The translations under genes were made by a program, and so were the position numbers. The notes below the pieces were generated by a model that did not search any database, was not told the DNA's origin, and was given only the letters and a program-made list of their open reading frames with translations. 64,000 nt of DNA from assembly GCA_044346855.1 (NCBI GenBank), contig JBIIYJ010000001.1, positions 17,056 through 81,055 of the forward strand, in the 5' to 3' direction. Below, piece by piece: positions 37,702 through 46,967 of the stretch. Positions within the stretch are counted from its first letter, which is position 1. The number at the start of each line of letters is the position of its first letter. This DNA is from Kiritimatiellia bacterium. Lineage in GTDB: Bacteria > Verrucomicrobiota > Kiritimatiellia > CAIKKV01.

Positions 37702-38756
37702 ACGCCCTTCCAGAGCTTCAGATACTGGCGGGCGACCTTCAGGTCCTCCAGCGCCTCGGCGGCCGTGCAGGTCGGAGGCCGTTCGCCGCGCACGGCGGCC
37801 ACGAAATTCATGGCCTGCTGCCGCATGGCGTGCACCCAGGGCAGCTGGGGCTCGATCGTGACGGGCGCCACGCCGTTGCCGGGGTCCTTGAAGATTGTCA
37901 CCCGGCCGGGCCGGTTGTTCGCCAGGGGCGCGGGCAGATCCACCCTGACCCACCCCTTCTGGAAGCAGACCAGCGCGGACTCCTGCCAGTCGACCGTCGT
38001 CTGGTAGGGCGTCATCTCCAGAACGCAGGCCACGCCGCTCGCGCTCCGGCCCGCGAACATCACGCCCGAGGGATCGGCATAACTCACCTCGTAAGGCTCG
38101 CCCAGCAGGTGGCGCATCAGATTGACCTGGTGGATGTAATAATTCACAAAGCTGATGTAGAGGTCGTAGCTGGCCTTGTCCATGGAGGGATCCGCGGGAT
38201 CCCATTCCATCTTGGGCGGGGCCCCTTCGGTACGGATCAGGTCGTTGAACCCCCCGGCAATCCAGTCGCCGGCCGGCATCAGGATCCGCACGTATCGCAG
38301 CGGGCCCAGTTCGCCGGACGCCTTGAGCGCGTCCACCTGGGCCTTGGCGTGCATGGTCGCAGGGTCGCTCCGCTTGTGGTAGCCCAGCATCATCCAGGTG
38401 CCGCTTTCCTTGACCGCGGCCGCGATCTTCTCGCCCATCGGAAGCGTCCCGGCCAGCGGCTTTTCCGTGAAGACCGGGATGCCCGCCTTGAGCAGCTCGG
38501 GCACCAGCGTGCCGTGCCGAGTGAACGGCTGGGAGGCCACAAGGGCGTCCAGCTTTTCCGCCTTGATCATCTCCACGTGGCTGGCGTAGACCTTCGGCAC
38601 GCCGTAACGCGCAGCCACCCTGGCGCCCAGGTCCGGCTTGATCTCGGCCAGGGCCGCAACCTCGCAGTCCGGAACGGTCACATAATTTTTCAGGTGCGCG
38701 CACTGCCCCATGCCGCCCACCCCCACGAACCCGATTCGAACGACTTTCTTGTCCAT
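37698..38756 (-). CDS. Gfo/Idh/MocA family oxidoreductase
   Basis: 352 aa. N-terminal VRIGFVGVGGMG Rossmann motif and EKPLA motif. Confidence 0.85.
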   Translation of the reverse strand: MDKKVVRIGFVGVGGMGQCAHLKNYVTVPDCEVAALAEIKPDLGARVAARYGVPKVYASHVEMIKAEKLDALVASQPFTRHGTLVPELLKAGIPVFTEKPLAGTLPMGEKIAAAVKESGTWMMLGYHKRSDPATMHAKAQVDALKASGELGPLRYVRILMPAGDWIAGGFNDLIRTEGAPPKMEWDPADPSMDKASYDLYISFVNYYIHQVNLMRHLLGEPYEVSYADPSGVMFAGRSASGVACVLEMTPYQTTVDWQESALVCFQKGWVRVDLPAPLANNRPGRVTIFKDPGNGVAPVTIEPQLPWVHAMRQQAMNFVAAVRGERPPTCTAAEALEDLKVARQYLKLWKGV

Positions 38757-38780
38757 CTTCTTCTCCTTAACAGGCGACCA

Positions 38781-38836
38781 GCCTATAGCCTACAGCCTAC
38801 AGCCTATAGCCTACAGCCTATAGCCTATAGCCTACA
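38781..38836. repeat. Perfect heptanucleotide tandem repeat (GCCTAYA)x8 in a promoter/5'-UTR region
   Basis: gcctata gcctaca gcctaca gcctata gcctaca gcctata gcctata gcctaca, read directly. Lies 25 bp upstream of the oxidoreductase ATG (minus strand) and 10 bp past the GH4 stop. Confidence 0.9.
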
Positions 38837-38845
38837 GCCCTCTGT

Positions 38846-40264
38846 TCACGCTTTCGCCAGTGTCCCGAACCGGTTGGCGATGGCCAGCGCCGGATCCAGG
38901 GGCACCTCCTTGCGGAGCACTTTCTTCGGCACCCGGATTTCCGGAACGGCGCGCAGACGGCGTTTCTTGAACTGCGGCAGGTAGGCCCGCTGCTTTTCCA
39001 GCATTTCGCCCGTCATCTCCCGGACCTCCTTGAGCGTGCAGACCGCCGCCGTCAGCGGATCGAGCGCCGCCGCCTGCATGATCAGCTCCGGATCGCCGGT
39101 GAAACTGGCTTCCACGGTCAGCCCCTGGACCAGCACGTTGGTCATGTTCAGCGCCGCACAGGCCGGCGGCAGGTCGCCGATCACCGTCGGCTGCAGCCCC
39201 TGGCGGTCGGCAAACACCGGCACCTCCACGCAGCAGCCGCGCGGCAGGTTGGTGATGAGCCCGTCGTTGCGCAGGTTGCCATTGAAACGGAACGGAACGC
39301 CCGTCTCCAGCCCCTCGATGATGTGCGAACAATATTCCGCGCTGCGGGGGCCCAGTTTCGTCGACTCGATCGACAGCGGATCGAGCCGCGCGAACTTGCC
39401 GGCGATCATCTTGCAGTACCGGTAATAGGCCCCGCTCTCGCCGCCGAAGGCGGGCTCATCGCAATACGCCTCCAGCGCCTTCTTGTTTTTCCTGAAATAG
39501 GGCAGGTATTCGGACAGGTGCCCCGTGCTCTCGGTCATGAAATAGCCGAAGTGGCGCATCACCTCGCCGCGCACCTTCTCGTTGACGTAGCTGCCCGGCT
39601 TCTCGAACTCCCGCTTCAACACCGGATACAGGTCGCGCCCCCGGTGCTCCAGCCGCAGAAACCAGGCCATGTGGTTGATGCCGGCGGCGGTGAAGTCGAT
39701 TTCGCTTTTCTTCACGCCCGTGTAGCTGGCGATCAGGTCCATGGTCGTCTGCACGCCATGGCACAATCCCACGAACTGCAGCCCCGGCACCCGCCCGAGC
39801 GCCCAGCAGCACATGGCCATCGGGTTGGCATAGTTGAACAGCACGGCCTTCGGACATTCCTCCCGCATGACGTCGGCGATCGTCAGCAGCGCGGGAATGT
39901 GGCGCAGCGCGCGGAAGATGCCGCCCGGGCCCATGGTGTCGGCAATGCAGTTGTCGACGCCGTATTTCAGCGGGATCCTGTAATCCAGCTCGAACACGTC
40001 CACACCGCCAACCTGGATCATGACCACCACGTAGTCCGCCCCGCGCAGCGCCTGCCGCAGGTTGGTCGTCGCCGTGACAGTGGCGTCCAGCCCGTTGTCC
40101 CGGATCATGCGTCCCACGAAGGCGTGCATCTTGTCGAGCCGCGTCCGGGTCTTGGCCATGAGCCGGAACTCGCTGCCGGCCAGGGCCGGGGTGGCGAGGA
40201 AATCCGCCATCAGGGTTTTGCAGAACACCAGACTTCCCGCGCCGATCATCGCAATCCTGGCCAT
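38846..40264 (-). CDS. Glycoside hydrolase family 4 (NAD+/Mn2+-dependent alpha-glucosidase/alpha-galactosidase type)
   Basis: About 472 aa from MARIAMIGAGSLVF (Rossmann). GH4-like central Cys/His region (GLCHGV). SD GGAGGGG. Confidence 0.75.
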   Translation of the reverse strand: MARIAMIGAGSLVFCKTLMADFLATPALAGSEFRLMAKTRTRLDKMHAFVGRMIRDNGLDATVTATTNLRQALRGADYVVVMIQVGGVDVFELDYRIPLKYGVDNCIADTMGPGGIFRALRHIPALLTIADVMREECPKAVLFNYANPMAMCCWALGRVPGLQFVGLCHGVQTTMDLIASYTGVKKSEIDFTAAGINHMAWFLRLEHRGRDLYPVLKREFEKPGSYVNEKVRGEVMRHFGYFMTESTGHLSEYLPYFRKNKKALEAYCDEPAFGGESGAYYRYCKMIAGKFARLDPLSIESTKLGPRSAEYCSHIIEGLETGVPFRFNGNLRNDGLITNLPRGCCVEVPVFADRQGLQPTVIGDLPPACAALNMTNVLVQGLTVEASFTGDPELIMQAAALDPLTAAVCTLKEVREMTGEMLEKQRAYLPQFKKRRLRAVPEIRVPKKVLRKEVPLDPALAIANRFGTLAKA

Positions 40265-40421
40265 AGCGACCCCTCCGTTCCAATTGACCGTCATTGCCGT
40301 ATTGACGGCCGGTTCAAACTGCCCTAACATCCGCCCGATGATCAGGAAACAGCCTATATCCTATAAATACAGGCCGCCGCCGTAAATGGCCAGACTTGCC
40401 ATTTGTTGACAATTATTGCCT

Positions 40422-41174
40422 ATGACAAAACCCGCCCAACTGCTGCACATCGGCCACCTGCACCCCAGCCCCCGCTGGCGGATCGCCGACCATCACCACG
40501 CCTTCCACGAACTGATCGTGCCGGTGCGGGGCCGCATGACGCTCCGCTGCCCCGATGGCCGGTTCGCCATTGGAACGGGCGACATCCTGATCTATCCCGC
40601 CGGCATGCCGCACGAGGAGGAATCGGACCCGGCCGATCCCATCGAAAGCTTTTTCCTCTCGCTGACGGGCACCGCCATCCGGGGGCGGTCCCTGCTGCGC
40701 CGCCACGACCACAGCGGCCGGATGCGCCAGCTGATCCGCTGGCTCTATGCCGACCAGTTTGCGGAGGATCCCCTCGCTCGAACCGAAAGGGCGGCCCTCT
40801 TCCAGGCGCTGCTGGCGCGTTTTTTCAGGGAAGACCAGGGCCCCGAGCCGGAGCTGGCGCAGCAGATCCGATCCCTGGTGCGGGGTCACCTCGGCGAACG
40901 CCTGACGCTCGACAGGCTCGCGAAAGAGGCGCGGCTCAGCCGGTTTTACTTCGTGCGGACGTATCGCCGCCTGACCGGCCAGTCGCCCATGAAGGACGTC
41001 CGGCGCCTGCGCCTGGAATACGCGCGCGACCTGATCATCACCACCAAGCTGCCCCTGAAGGAGATCGCCATCAAGGCCGGACTGGGAACGCCCTACGCCC
41101 TCTCCCGGCTGTTCAACCGGTACTTCGACATGCCGCCCGGGGCCTTCCGCCGTTCGCTCAACGAGCCGGCCTGA
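40422..41174 (+). CDS. AraC family transcriptional regulator (cupin + HTH)
   Basis: About 250 aa. Cupin N-domain (HHHAFHELIVPVRG) and C-terminal AraC HTH (LTLDRLAKEARLSRFYFVRTYRRLTGQSPM). True ATG at 40422. Confidence 0.85.
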   Translation: MTKPAQLLHIGHLHPSPRWRIADHHHAFHELIVPVRGRMTLRCPDGRFAIGTGDILIYPAGMPHEEESDPADPIESFFLSLTGTAIRGRSLLRRHDHSGRMRQLIRWLYADQFAEDPLARTERAALFQALLARFFREDQGPEPELAQQIRSLVRGHLGERLTLDRLAKEARLSRFYFVRTYRRLTGQSPMKDVRRLRLEYARDLIITTKLPLKEIAIKAGLGTPYALSRLFNRYFDMPPGAFRRSLNEPA

Positions 41175-43107
41175 CCCCGTCACCGGGCTCGCCGAAGGGA
41201 TGGATCGCCAGCTCAGGCAGCGCCGCGCCGGCACGGATGCGCACCGATTCCCCGCCGGCGGAAAGCAGGATCCGCAACCCCTCCGGCGCCGTTGATCCCG
41301 CCGGGAACGCGCGGATTTCCGTCACCAGCAGGCACCGGGTCGCGGCCGCCCCGGAAGTCGCTTTCAGCAGGTGCAGCGTCCCATCCTGGCGACCGCCGGA
41401 ATGGAACCGGGGCTGCAACTCCGTGACCGCGGAAACGGGAAGCGGCGACTGGAACCGGATGAGGCAGGCGCCCTTTTCCCCCCGCCCGGAAAACACGCCC
41501 GCCCCTGACGGCTCGACCGGGAAACCTGTATGGAACAAGGCCGATAACACGACCGGTTTCCCGCTCTCGACGGCGTCCAGGATGACCCAGGCGTCGGGCC
41601 GGATATACACAACATGCCGGCGCAGGGAAACCAGCCCATGCGATTCCGGGTACGCCGCCGTCATGTCGGCAACGCAGCGGTCCCATGCCCCGTGGTGCTC
41701 CGCGCCCACCATGAACGGATACCGGCGGCTCCGGCGGAACGGCAGATCCTCCAGCCATTCCGACTGTTCGCCCAGCTGGCCCTGTCCGTCAATCAGCAGG
41801 GTGTTATGGTAGGACGTATCTTTGTAGACATACCCCGGGTGGCGCAGGATCCATCCGCCATGCGCAAAAATCTGGAGTTCGCCGTTGTTCGGCTGCATGT
41901 GGCCGCCGCCGAGGGGATGACTGAACCGCTTCGCCGCGTGATGGCCGACATTGGGCCCGCATTTCACCGAACAGGCGGATTCGGTTCCGCTCCAGTTTTC
42001 GCGCATCACGGCGATGCCGAAATCGTCCATATAATCAAAGGGCTGCCGGCCGGTCGGCGCCGTCGGCTTGACCGCAGGATCGTATAACAGGAACGAGAAC
42101 GGGCCGGCCCCGATGGCGCCACTGCGGAGTATTTCATCCGCAAACCACTGGGCCTCCCCATCCTTCAGACGGCTCGCCAGGACCCGGAGGACGGCTTCGT
42201 ATCCGAAAACGGGGCCGTGCGCGTCGCCCTGGTGGAAAAAGAGGTCGTCAGCCTTCCAGGAGGCGCGGGGAATGCTTTGCGCATGGACCGCCCGGGCGTG
42301 CCGGGAAAGCCAGGGGGTGGTCTCGTACAAGTCAAAGCCGAACATGGCTTCCGCCAGGAGAAAGCTGATCGTCAGGTAGGCGGCGTAATAGCCGCCATAC
42401 ATGAGCCCTTCGGGGGAGACGCCGTCGGGGCCGAGCGCCCTGCTCTGGCAGTGCATTTTCTCCCACGACAGGTTGGCGATCGGAGCGACATCGGGCCGCT
42501 CCCCGTAAAGGCAGGCGGCGGTGGCGGCCAGGCCGCCAAGAACAACCGCGGAAATATTCCAGGTATAGCCGAACGGCTCCCCGGACCGGTACGACGCCCA
42601 GGCATCGAACACGCTGCGGCTGCGGGCATACAGCGTCTCCACATGCCGGCCGCGGGTTTCCCCGTCAACGTCATGCCACAACCAATCGAGCGCAAACGCG
42701 AAGCCGCGCGCCCAGTGACCGTAGATCAGGCTGTGGCCCCAATCCGGCTCGCCTCCCAGCCGCTGCATGAGAAGCTCGATCCGGGTACGATAGCGCGGCT
42801 CGCCGCACAGGCGGTACAGCAGGGCCAGATGGATCAGGTGCTCCCCGAGCTGGCGGACGTCAAACACGGCAGGCGGCAGCCCCATCAGCTTGTCAGGCAG
42901 GGGCAGCGCCGCGAGCCGGTCCCCCTCCCGGCGCAGATCCGCGAACCAGCCGGCCCACGGTTCGGTTTCCAGGCGTCCGCGCAGGCGATCGAAATCCCCC
43001 TCTGATCCCAGCATCCGGGGATGGACGCCCAGCAGGCGGGTCTCAACCGGAGTGGCGCTGTTGATGACATCCGACTCGGCAAGGGATTCGCACCGCGTTT
43101 TTTTCAT
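41158..43107 (-). CDS. Heparinase II/III-like family protein (polysaccharide lyase-like)
   Basis: 649 aa. (alpha/alpha) toroid-like N-region rich in W/Y, and C-terminal GGGHMQPNNGELQIF resembling the heparinase II/III GGHGHxD..SF motif. Confidence 0.6.
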   Translation of the reverse strand: MKKTRCESLAESDVINSATPVETRLLGVHPRMLGSEGDFDRLRGRLETEPWAGWFADLRREGDRLAALPLPDKLMGLPPAVFDVRQLGEHLIHLALLYRLCGEPRYRTRIELLMQRLGGEPDWGHSLIYGHWARGFAFALDWLWHDVDGETRGRHVETLYARSRSVFDAWASYRSGEPFGYTWNISAVVLGGLAATAACLYGERPDVAPIANLSWEKMHCQSRALGPDGVSPEGLMYGGYYAAYLTISFLLAEAMFGFDLYETTPWLSRHARAVHAQSIPRASWKADDLFFHQGDAHGPVFGYEAVLRVLASRLKDGEAQWFADEILRSGAIGAGPFSFLLYDPAVKPTAPTGRQPFDYMDDFGIAVMRENWSGTESACSVKCGPNVGHHAAKRFSHPLGGGHMQPNNGELQIFAHGGWILRHPGYVYKDTSYHNTLLIDGQGQLGEQSEWLEDLPFRRSRRYPFMVGAEHHGAWDRCVADMTAAYPESHGLVSLRRHVVYIRPDAWVILDAVESGKPVVLSALFHTGFPVEPSGAGVFSGRGEKGACLIRFQSPLPVSAVTELQPRFHSGGRQDGTLHLLKATSGAAATRCLLVTEIRAFPAGSTAPEGLRILLSAGGESVRIRAGAALPELAIHPFGEPGDGVRPAR

Positions 43108-43108
43108 T

Positions 43109-44269
43109 TTAAAATAGCCGGTTCGGTTTGCTCCACTTGATGCGCGAGACGAACAGCGCGTTGTTGCTGCCGTACCGCTCGCAGACCGTGCAGTCGTAGT
43201 TGTCCGGCCCGGTTGTCTGCATCCACTCGCTGACCACCACCCAGGTCTCGCCGGCGGACGCGGTGCAAATGCCGAAATTGCCGAGGCGCGCCCCGCGCTC
43301 CGGCACCACGGGCCGCTCGGTCGAGCGGATCAGGCAGAGTCGCTCGGGATCGACACGCGCCATGAAAAGCGGCGCGCGGTGGCGGAACACGTGGTCGTTG
43401 TTCGCCCCCCGGCGGGTGTACACCAGGAACAACCCGTCGCTGTGCGTGACCCAGTGCTGCTGGGTGTTGTAGTTGCCGATCTGGCTGCCGTCGTCCCACG
43501 TCCAAGGGCGGGGCGGACCGAAAGCCAGCCCGTCGTCCCCCGCCGCCACATAGCCGCGCACGTCGTTTCGCAGGGTCAGGAAAAACCGCCCGTTGAAGCA
43601 GGCCAGGGAGGGCTCGCAGAAGCCCCGCGGCTCGGGGCAGATCAGGTCCGGCCCCCGAGCCTTGAAGGTCACGTCCTTCCCGTCGAACCCGCAGCGCATC
43701 ACGGACGCCTTGTAGCAGCCGGTGGTGTCGTCCTTGGCCCGGAAATAGATCGGCAGCAGGATGTCGCCGTCCGGCAGGTCATACCGCTGCACGCAGCCCG
43801 CGCCCGAATTGAAATGGGCCGGATCGTCCGGCGGCATCGCCACGATCGTCCAGGGGGACCACAGGCGGGCGGCTTCGTCATACACGCTGAAATAGGTGGA
43901 ACGGGGCCTGTTCCCGTGCACCAGGTTGTCGTCCCGGTACTGGGCCAGGTGGCCGGTCAGCAGCAGCTTGCCGCTTTTCGCATGCCATGTGGGCGTTCCG
44001 TCGCAGGGGCAATCCTCGGTCCCGTCCGCAGTGGCGCGCCGCACGAGGCCCGGCTGCCCGGCCGGCCCCGTCCACGTGCGGCCGAAATCGTCGCTGCGCA
44101 GCTCGTTTATCCCGTAGAAAATGTCGCTGCCCGTGATCCGCAGCTTCTGCGTCGTCACCACGGCCGTGTTCGGCGGAATGACCCCGCCGCGGGTCTGCAC
44201 CCAGCAGGTTTTCCGGTCATACCCGCTGTGGATGATCTGCGTTTCAACCGAATAGTCCAGTTCGTCCAT
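43109..44269 (-). CDS. BNR/Asp-box repeat glycosyl hydrolase (sialidase-like)
   Basis: About 386 aa from MDELDY. Asp-box SDDFGRTW plus further W-ending repeats. Stop lies 1 nt from the downstream heparinase-like ATG. Confidence 0.55.
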   Translation of the reverse strand: MDELDYSVETQIIHSGYDRKTCWVQTRGGVIPPNTAVVTTQKLRITGSDIFYGINELRSDDFGRTWTGPAGQPGLVRRATADGTEDCPCDGTPTWHAKSGKLLLTGHLAQYRDDNLVHGNRPRSTYFSVYDEAARLWSPWTIVAMPPDDPAHFNSGAGCVQRYDLPDGDILLPIYFRAKDDTTGCYKASVMRCGFDGKDVTFKARGPDLICPEPRGFCEPSLACFNGRFFLTLRNDVRGYVAAGDDGLAFGPPRPWTWDDGSQIGNYNTQQHWVTHSDGLFLVYTRRGANNDHVFRHRAPLFMARVDPERLCLIRSTERPVVPERGARLGNFGICTASAGETWVVVSEWMQTTGPDNYDCTVCERYGSNNALFVSRIKWSKPNRLF

Positions 44270-44288
44270 GACACCGCTCGTTTCGCTG

Positions 44289-45143
44289 TTAGGGGCTTTT
44301 TCCACTCTCGCCGGGAACCGACCAGAACCTGTCGACCAGGGAAGCAAACGAAACAAGCCGTGTCCAGTATGCCTCGCCGCCCTCGTCCGGCACGTCGTCG
44401 TGGCCGGCGCCCGCCGTCCACAGGAACTCTTTCGGGGACGGAGCCGCGTCGTACAGCGCCCGCCCGTGCCAGGGGGGGATGATCGCATCCCGGAGCCCGT
44501 GCACGATCAGGATCGGGCAGCGAACGCGCCGGATCGTCCGGAGGTTCCGGCCCTTGTCCAGCGGGAACAGGGGCAGGCGGGTAAGCGTCCTGAACGCCGA
44601 GACGAATCCGCTCTGCACGATCAGCCCCCCGACCGGGTGGTCCGCCGCCAGGGGCACGGCAAAGGCCGCTCCCACCGAGCGGCCGTGGACGATCAGGCGG
44701 CGGGGTTCCACGCCTTTCGCTTCCACCAGATGCCGGTAGACGGCCTCCGTGTCCTCCTGCGCCCGGCGGAAACCGGGCCTGCCGTCGCTGAGCCCGTAGC
44801 CGCGGTAATCAAATGAAAAGACGCGGAACCCCCGGGCTGCGTAATCCTCCAGCAGCGGCCGCAGGTCCCCGACATCCTCGGCATTGCCGTGGATGAACAG
44901 GACGGCCGGCGCACCCGGCGGCCCGGGCGCCTCGAACAGCACGATCGATTCGCGATCGTTGACCGGAATGCGGGAATAAACGGCCCCGTCGACCAGGTAA
45001 TAGGATTCCTGGGGACAGAAGATCAGGCGGTCGGACACCAGGTAGCCGCCGATCATGACCAGCAGGTAGATCTCCGCCAGCGACAGCAGGAGGCGCCGCG
45101 GACTGAATTCCCCGATCACCCATTTTCTCCATGCCGCCGGCAT
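44289..45143 (-). CDS. Alpha/beta-fold hydrolase (membrane-anchored)
   Basis: 284 aa. N-terminal TM helix, GRSVG nucleophile elbow, Asp/His downstream. Confidence 0.8.
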   Translation of the reverse strand: MPAAWRKWVIGEFSPRRLLLSLAEIYLLVMIGGYLVSDRLIFCPQESYYLVDGAVYSRIPVNDRESIVLFEAPGPPGAPAVLFIHGNAEDVGDLRPLLEDYAARGFRVFSFDYRGYGLSDGRPGFRRAQEDTEAVYRHLVEAKGVEPRRLIVHGRSVGAAFAVPLAADHPVGGLIVQSGFVSAFRTLTRLPLFPLDKGRNLRTIRRVRCPILIVHGLRDAIIPPWHGRALYDAAPSPKEFLWTAGAGHDDVPDEGGEAYWTRLVSFASLVDRFWSVPGESGKSP

Positions 45144-45967
45144 CAGGCCCCTTTCGCCTGGACGACCACGGGTTCACCGTAGCGGGGAACCAGCGTTTTC
45201 AAACCGGGATACTTGACCGTCATATAATCCGTGAACAGGAGCGGATCCTCGGTGTTGCCGTCGAACATGTCAAAATGGGTCGGCACGGTGAGCGCCGGCT
45301 CCAGGGCGCCCGCCAGGTCGGCCGCCTCCTGGTAGGTCATGTTGCCGATGCAACCGGAGCGGAGGCGCTTCGCATCGCGCCCGTTGATCGGCAAAAACAC
45401 GACGTCCGGCCGGAACGCCCGCAGCGTCGGCTGGATGCCCTCGTAAAGGCAGGTGTCGCCGGCGTGATAGAGGCAGACGCCGTTGCCGCGGATGATGAAC
45501 CCCAGGGATAGCGAGGCGCCGGTGGCCGGGTCCCGCTCCAGTTTCTCGTGGGCGGCCGGCACCGCGTCGACCCGCACGCCGGCCGACTCGATATAACCCC
45601 CGTCGGCCAGGCCCCGCAGGCGAGGCCCCTCCCAGCCGAGCTTCCGGCGAAGGTCCGCCTCGACCGGGGCCGGAGCCACGAAAACCGCCTCCGGGCAGGC
45701 GGCCGACAGGGCCGGCCAGGCCGGCCGGTCGATATGGTCGGCGTGATCGTGGCTCCCCAGCACCAGCCGCACGCCGCGCGCCTGCTCCGGCCGGAACGGA
45801 GGCGGCGCGTTTCGTCCCTTTAATAGGGACAAAAAGGGATCGGCCAGGATCACGGCATCGCCCAGCTTGAGGATGAAGCTGTGCTGGCCCAGCCACCAGA
45901 ATACGCCTTCGCCCGCCGCCATGCGGCAGGCCGCCACCTCGTTCATCAGGTCGTCACCCGTTCGCAT
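45143..45967 (-). CDS. MBL-fold metallo-hydrolase
   Basis: About 274 aa. HDHADH metal-binding motif. Start chosen at MRTGDD because of strong SD GGGAGGA; this gives a 14-nt overlap with the upstream ADH. Confidence 0.75.
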   Translation of the reverse strand: MRTGDDLMNEVAACRMAAGEGVFWWLGQHSFILKLGDAVILADPFLSLLKGRNAPPPFRPEQARGVRLVLGSHDHADHIDRPAWPALSAACPEAVFVAPAPVEADLRRKLGWEGPRLRGLADGGYIESAGVRVDAVPAAHEKLERDPATGASLSLGFIIRGNGVCLYHAGDTCLYEGIQPTLRAFRPDVVFLPINGRDAKRLRSGCIGNMTYQEAADLAGALEPALTVPTHFDMFDGNTEDPLLFTDYMTVKYPGLKTLVPRYGEPVVVQAKGA

Positions 45968-46967
45968 CGGCTTCCTCCCATTCCACCACCACCTTGACCG
46001 CGCCCGCGCCCCGCGCCCGGGCAAGCTCCAGCGCCTCGGGAAACCGGTCCGCCGGGAGGCGGTGCGTGACCAGGCGCTCCAGCCGGTCCGTCCCGCCCAG
46101 CGCCGCCGCCACGGCCCCCGGCCAGGCCTCGGCGCTGGCGTTGCTTCCGACCAGCGCAAGCTCGCGGTGCAGCAGCGTGTTCCAGGGAAAATCGGCGCGG
46201 CCGGCCCCGTAATCCCCCAGCACCAGAATCCGGCCCCCCCGCGCGGCCAGCTGCAGGGCCCACCCCATGGCCGCGGCCTGGCCCGACGCCTCGCACACGG
46301 CCGGAAACCCGCCCGGCGCCGCCCGGAGCAGCGCCTCCACGGGCGACCCCGGAAAGGCGTGGTAGTTCAGCGCCTGCGCCGCGCCCATCGCGCGCGCCAG
46401 GGCCAGGCGCGGCTCGCGCCCGCCCACCAGGGTGACCGGGCCGCCCCCGCCGCTTCCGAGCAGCAGGGTCGTCAAAAGACCAATTGGCCCGTCGCCCAGC
46501 ACAAGAACAGCCTCCCCGGCCGCCGGCCGCAGCCGGCTCAGCCCGCGGACCGCCACCGCCAGCGGTTCGATCAGCACGGCGACCGTCAATGGAAAATCAG
46601 GAGGCAGCACGTGCAGGAGGCGGGCCTCGGTCAGGAAATACGGGGCATAGCCGCCGGGATGCTCGAAGCCCACTTCGCCCCCATCCGCCAGGACATTCTC
46701 CGCCACGCACGGCTTCCCCTCCAGCCCGGCCGCAACACCGGCCCCCGGCTTGTCCACGCGCCCGGCCCACTCGTGGCCCGGAATGGCCGGAAACCCGGTC
46801 CGCTTCCAGCCGGCGATCATCTCCAGGTCGGTCGCGCACACGCCGCAGGCCGCGGTGCGGATGCGAACCTGGCCTGGACCCGGTTCGGGAACAGGCAGCT
46901 CCCGGGCCTCGAGACGGCCCGGCCCGGTGTTGACCCAGGCCCGCATGACGGAGGGGGCCGCGCTCAC
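45954..46967 (-). CDS. Zinc-dependent alcohol dehydrogenase family (MDR)
   Basis: 337 aa. CGVCATD zinc motif, GHEWAG, and GxGxxG Rossmann VLGDGPIG. Confidence 0.8.
   Translation of the reverse strand: MSAAPSVMRAWVNTGPGRLEARELPVPEPGPGQVRIRTAACGVCATDLEMIAGWKRTGFPAIPGHEWAGRVDKPGAGVAAGLEGKPCVAENVLADGGEVGFEHPGGYAPYFLTEARLLHVLPPDFPLTVAVLIEPLAVAVRGLSRLRPAAGEAVLVLGDGPIGLLTTLLLGSGGGGPVTLVGGREPRLALARAMGAAQALNYHAFPGSPVEALLRAAPGGFPAVCEASGQAAAMGWALQLAARGGRILVLGDYGAGRADFPWNTLLHRELALVGSNASAEAWPGAVAAALGGTDRLERLVTHRLPADRFPEALELARARGAGAVKVVVEWEEADANG

Noticed and set aside
38757-38845. The repeat region as a CRISPR array or as a coding sequence (PAYSLQP... in a plus-strand ORF)
   Set aside because: The units are 7 bp with no spacers, so this is not CRISPR. 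The region is intergenic between two well-supported minus-strand genes, and the translated repeat belongs to a spurious antisense ORF.
40403-41812. 469-aa plus-strand ORF overlapping the AraC gene in another frame
   Set aside because: Pro/Arg/Gly-rich with no motifs. The 252-aa AraC frame has the canonical HTH.
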